Below, piece by piece: positions 62,643-64,000 of a stretch of 64,000 nucleotides of DNA; position 1 is the first letter of the stretch; every line of letters starts with the position of its first letter. The stretch comes from Deltaproteobacteria bacterium (GTDB lineage: Bacteria; Desulfobacterota; Desulfuromonadia; Desulfuromonadales; JAAYDE01). The notes beneath the pieces were generated by a model. The model ran no database searches. It was not told the origin of the DNA and was given only the letters and a program-made list of their open reading frames with translations. The position numbers and the translations under genes were made by a program. Where the stretch lies: NCBI GenBank assembly GCA_012729375.1, contig JAAYDE010000073.1, positions 18,763 to 82,762 on the forward strand, given 5' to 3'.

Positions 62643-63788
62643 TTATTCCTCCTCGGAGCTGCGGGTGAAAAACAATTCCAGGTTCTTGCCTTTGAGTTGC
62701 TCGCCCAGACTCACGCGCAACTCCCGGCCGCCGCCCGATCTGTTTTCCCTGGCTTGCGGCGCGGGCTTTTTGGGTTCCGCTGCTGCCGGCTTTTGCGAAA
62801 CGTCGGCGGCCGCTTCCCGCTCGCCGGCGGCTCTTTCTCCGCCGAAACCTTTGAAGAAGTAGCGCTCCAAAAGACGGTGGTAGCCGGTCCAGGATTCGTC
62901 TCCGTTGCAATCGTTTTCCAGGTGGAGGCGGACGGCGCTGATCTTGGCGTCAAGGTCGTCGAGCATGTTGAGGATGACCGCTTCCAGGGTCTTGGGACGC
63001 TTCGGGGAGCCGAAATCGTACTGGCCATGGTGGGAGAGCAGGAGATGCTTGAGGATGACCGCCTTTTCGGCAGGGAAGTCGGGGATGTGGCGGATCTTCT
63101 CGGTCACCATCTCGACGCCGAGCATGATATGTCCCAGCAGTTTGCCGTCGTCGGTATAATCGAAACTGCGCCGGAAGGAGAGTTCCGTCGTCTTGCCGAG
63201 ATCGTGAAGCAAGGCCGACGTCACCAGCAGATCCCGGTCCAGGTCGCGGTAACGGCGGCTGATTTCCTCGGCCAGGTCGGCCACCGCCAGGGAATGCTCC
63301 AGCAGCCCGCCGACATAGACGTGGTGCATGCTCTTGGCGGCAGGCGCCAGGCAGAAACGGTGGAACAGCCCGTCATCGGCGATGATCCCCTCGAGGAGGG
63401 CACGGTAATGGGGGTCTCTCACACCTTGCGCCCGGGCAACGAATTCAGCCGCCATCTCCTCCCGGTCGCGGGGGGCGGTCGGCAGGTAATCCGCCAGATT
63501 AACCTCCTTTTCGGGAAGGGGCTTGAGTTCCTGCACCACCAGCTGCATTTTGCCGAGGTAGCGGGAGGCCCGCCCCCGCACCCAGAGAAAGTCGTCCTTG
63601 CGGAAGCGGTCCTCCAGTTCATCCACCCGGTCCCAGATCCGCCCCTCCAGTTCGCCGCTGCGGTCCATGAGACGGATGGTCATGTAGGGCTTGCCGTTCT
63701 TGGCCATGGCGGTCACTTTGTCTTTGACCAGAAAGGTGCTTTCCACCAGATCCCGCTCCTGGATATCGTTGACAAATTGCGTTTTCAC
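62643..63788 (-). CDS. yhaM: 3'-5' exoribonuclease YhaM-like (OB fold + HD domain) with low-complexity C-terminal extension
   Basis: N-terminal OB fold (FLVKDKVTAMAKNGKPYMTIRLMDRSG). HD domain (GGLLEHSL, ALLHDLGK, SHHG). Confidence 0.8.
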   Translation of the reverse strand: MKTQFVNDIQERDLVESTFLVKDKVTAMAKNGKPYMTIRLMDRSGELEGRIWDRVDELEDRFRKDDFLWVRGRASRYLGKMQLVVQELKPLPEKEVNLADYLPTAPRDREEMAAEFVARAQGVRDPHYRALLEGIIADDGLFHRFCLAPAAKSMHHVYVGGLLEHSLAVADLAEEISRRYRDLDRDLLVTSALLHDLGKTTELSFRRSFDYTDDGKLLGHIMLGVEMVTEKIRHIPDFPAEKAVILKHLLLSHHGQYDFGSPKRPKTLEAVILNMLDDLDAKISAVRLHLENDCNGDESWTGYHRLLERYFFKGFGGERAAGEREAAADVSQKPAAAEPKKPAPQARENRSGGGRELRVSLGEQLKGKNLELFFTRSSEEE

Positions 63789-64000
63789 GAATCGATTCCG
63801 CTTCCTTTCATCTTGGTGAGAATGAGATCGGCGGTTTTCAAACCATCCACCGCCGCACTGATGATACCTCCGGCATGCCCCGCGCCCTCTCCCACGGGAT
63901 AAAGCCCGGGGTGGGACAGGGAAGCGCCGTCTTCTCCCCGCAGGATGCGCAGCGGAGCCGAAGTCCGGCTTTCCACGCCGATCAGCACCGCTTCCCGGCT
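63785..64000 (-). CDS. FAD-dependent oxidoreductase (COG2509-like), C-terminal part only
   Basis: Ends ...HPGLYPVGEGAGHAGGIISAAVDGLKTADLIL. The 5' end lies beyond the window. Confidence 0.6.
   Translation of the reverse strand, partial: SREAVLIGVESRTSAPLRILRGEDGASLSHPGLYPVGEGAGHAGGIISAAVDGLKTADLILTKMKGSGIDS

Overview
High-GC (about 60%+) chromosomal segment. Gene content suggests a strictly or facultatively anaerobic Desulfuromonadales/Geobacter-like deltaproteobacterium; this is my inference, not a database hit. No rRNA, CRISPR array, transposase or integrase was seen.

Left to right:
- **1-2.3 kb:** a partial slyD-like PPIase and small redox genes (DoxX, AhpD-like).
- **2.4-8.7 kb:** tRNA-Thr(CGU), then a metalloid-resistance cluster: arsR-arsC-acr3, a Met-rich mini-ORF, a thioredoxin-like gene remnant, osmC, and two ArsP-type permeases each with a winged-helix regulator.
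- **8.7-9.6 kb:** a roughly 0.9 kb non-coding gap.
- **9.6-13.2 kb:** a tight 4-gene operon of two Ddl-like ATP-grasp ligases, a GNAT and a KamA-type aminomutase.
- **13.4-20 kb:** housekeeping genes (tenA, TPR, SLOG-like, DHH, amidase, rph, rdgB).
- **20-25.6 kb:** an Lpp-like lipoprotein convergent with an L,D-transpeptidase, then a NikKMLQO nickel ECF transporter with nikR.
- **25.7-28.7 kb:** nrdD/nrdG with NrdR boxes. nrdD is interrupted before its glycyl-radical tail.
- **33.1-48.7 kb:** a cobalamin-riboswitch-controlled 14-gene anaerobic cbi/cob cluster, including CbiET and CbiF-G-H fusions and a CbiR-like gene.
- **48.8-54 kb:** a second cobalamin riboswitch in front of an exported CbiK, a BtuCDF-like ABC system and a gate-domain membrane protein.
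- **54-64 kb:** ppiC, cspA, fetAB, udg, a PAS histidine kinase, a PLC-like protein, a perfect 7-bp x14 tandem repeat, coaBC, an MBL hydrolase, yhaM and a partial FAD protein.

Many long ORFs in the track are antisense shadows of GC-rich genes and were discarded.
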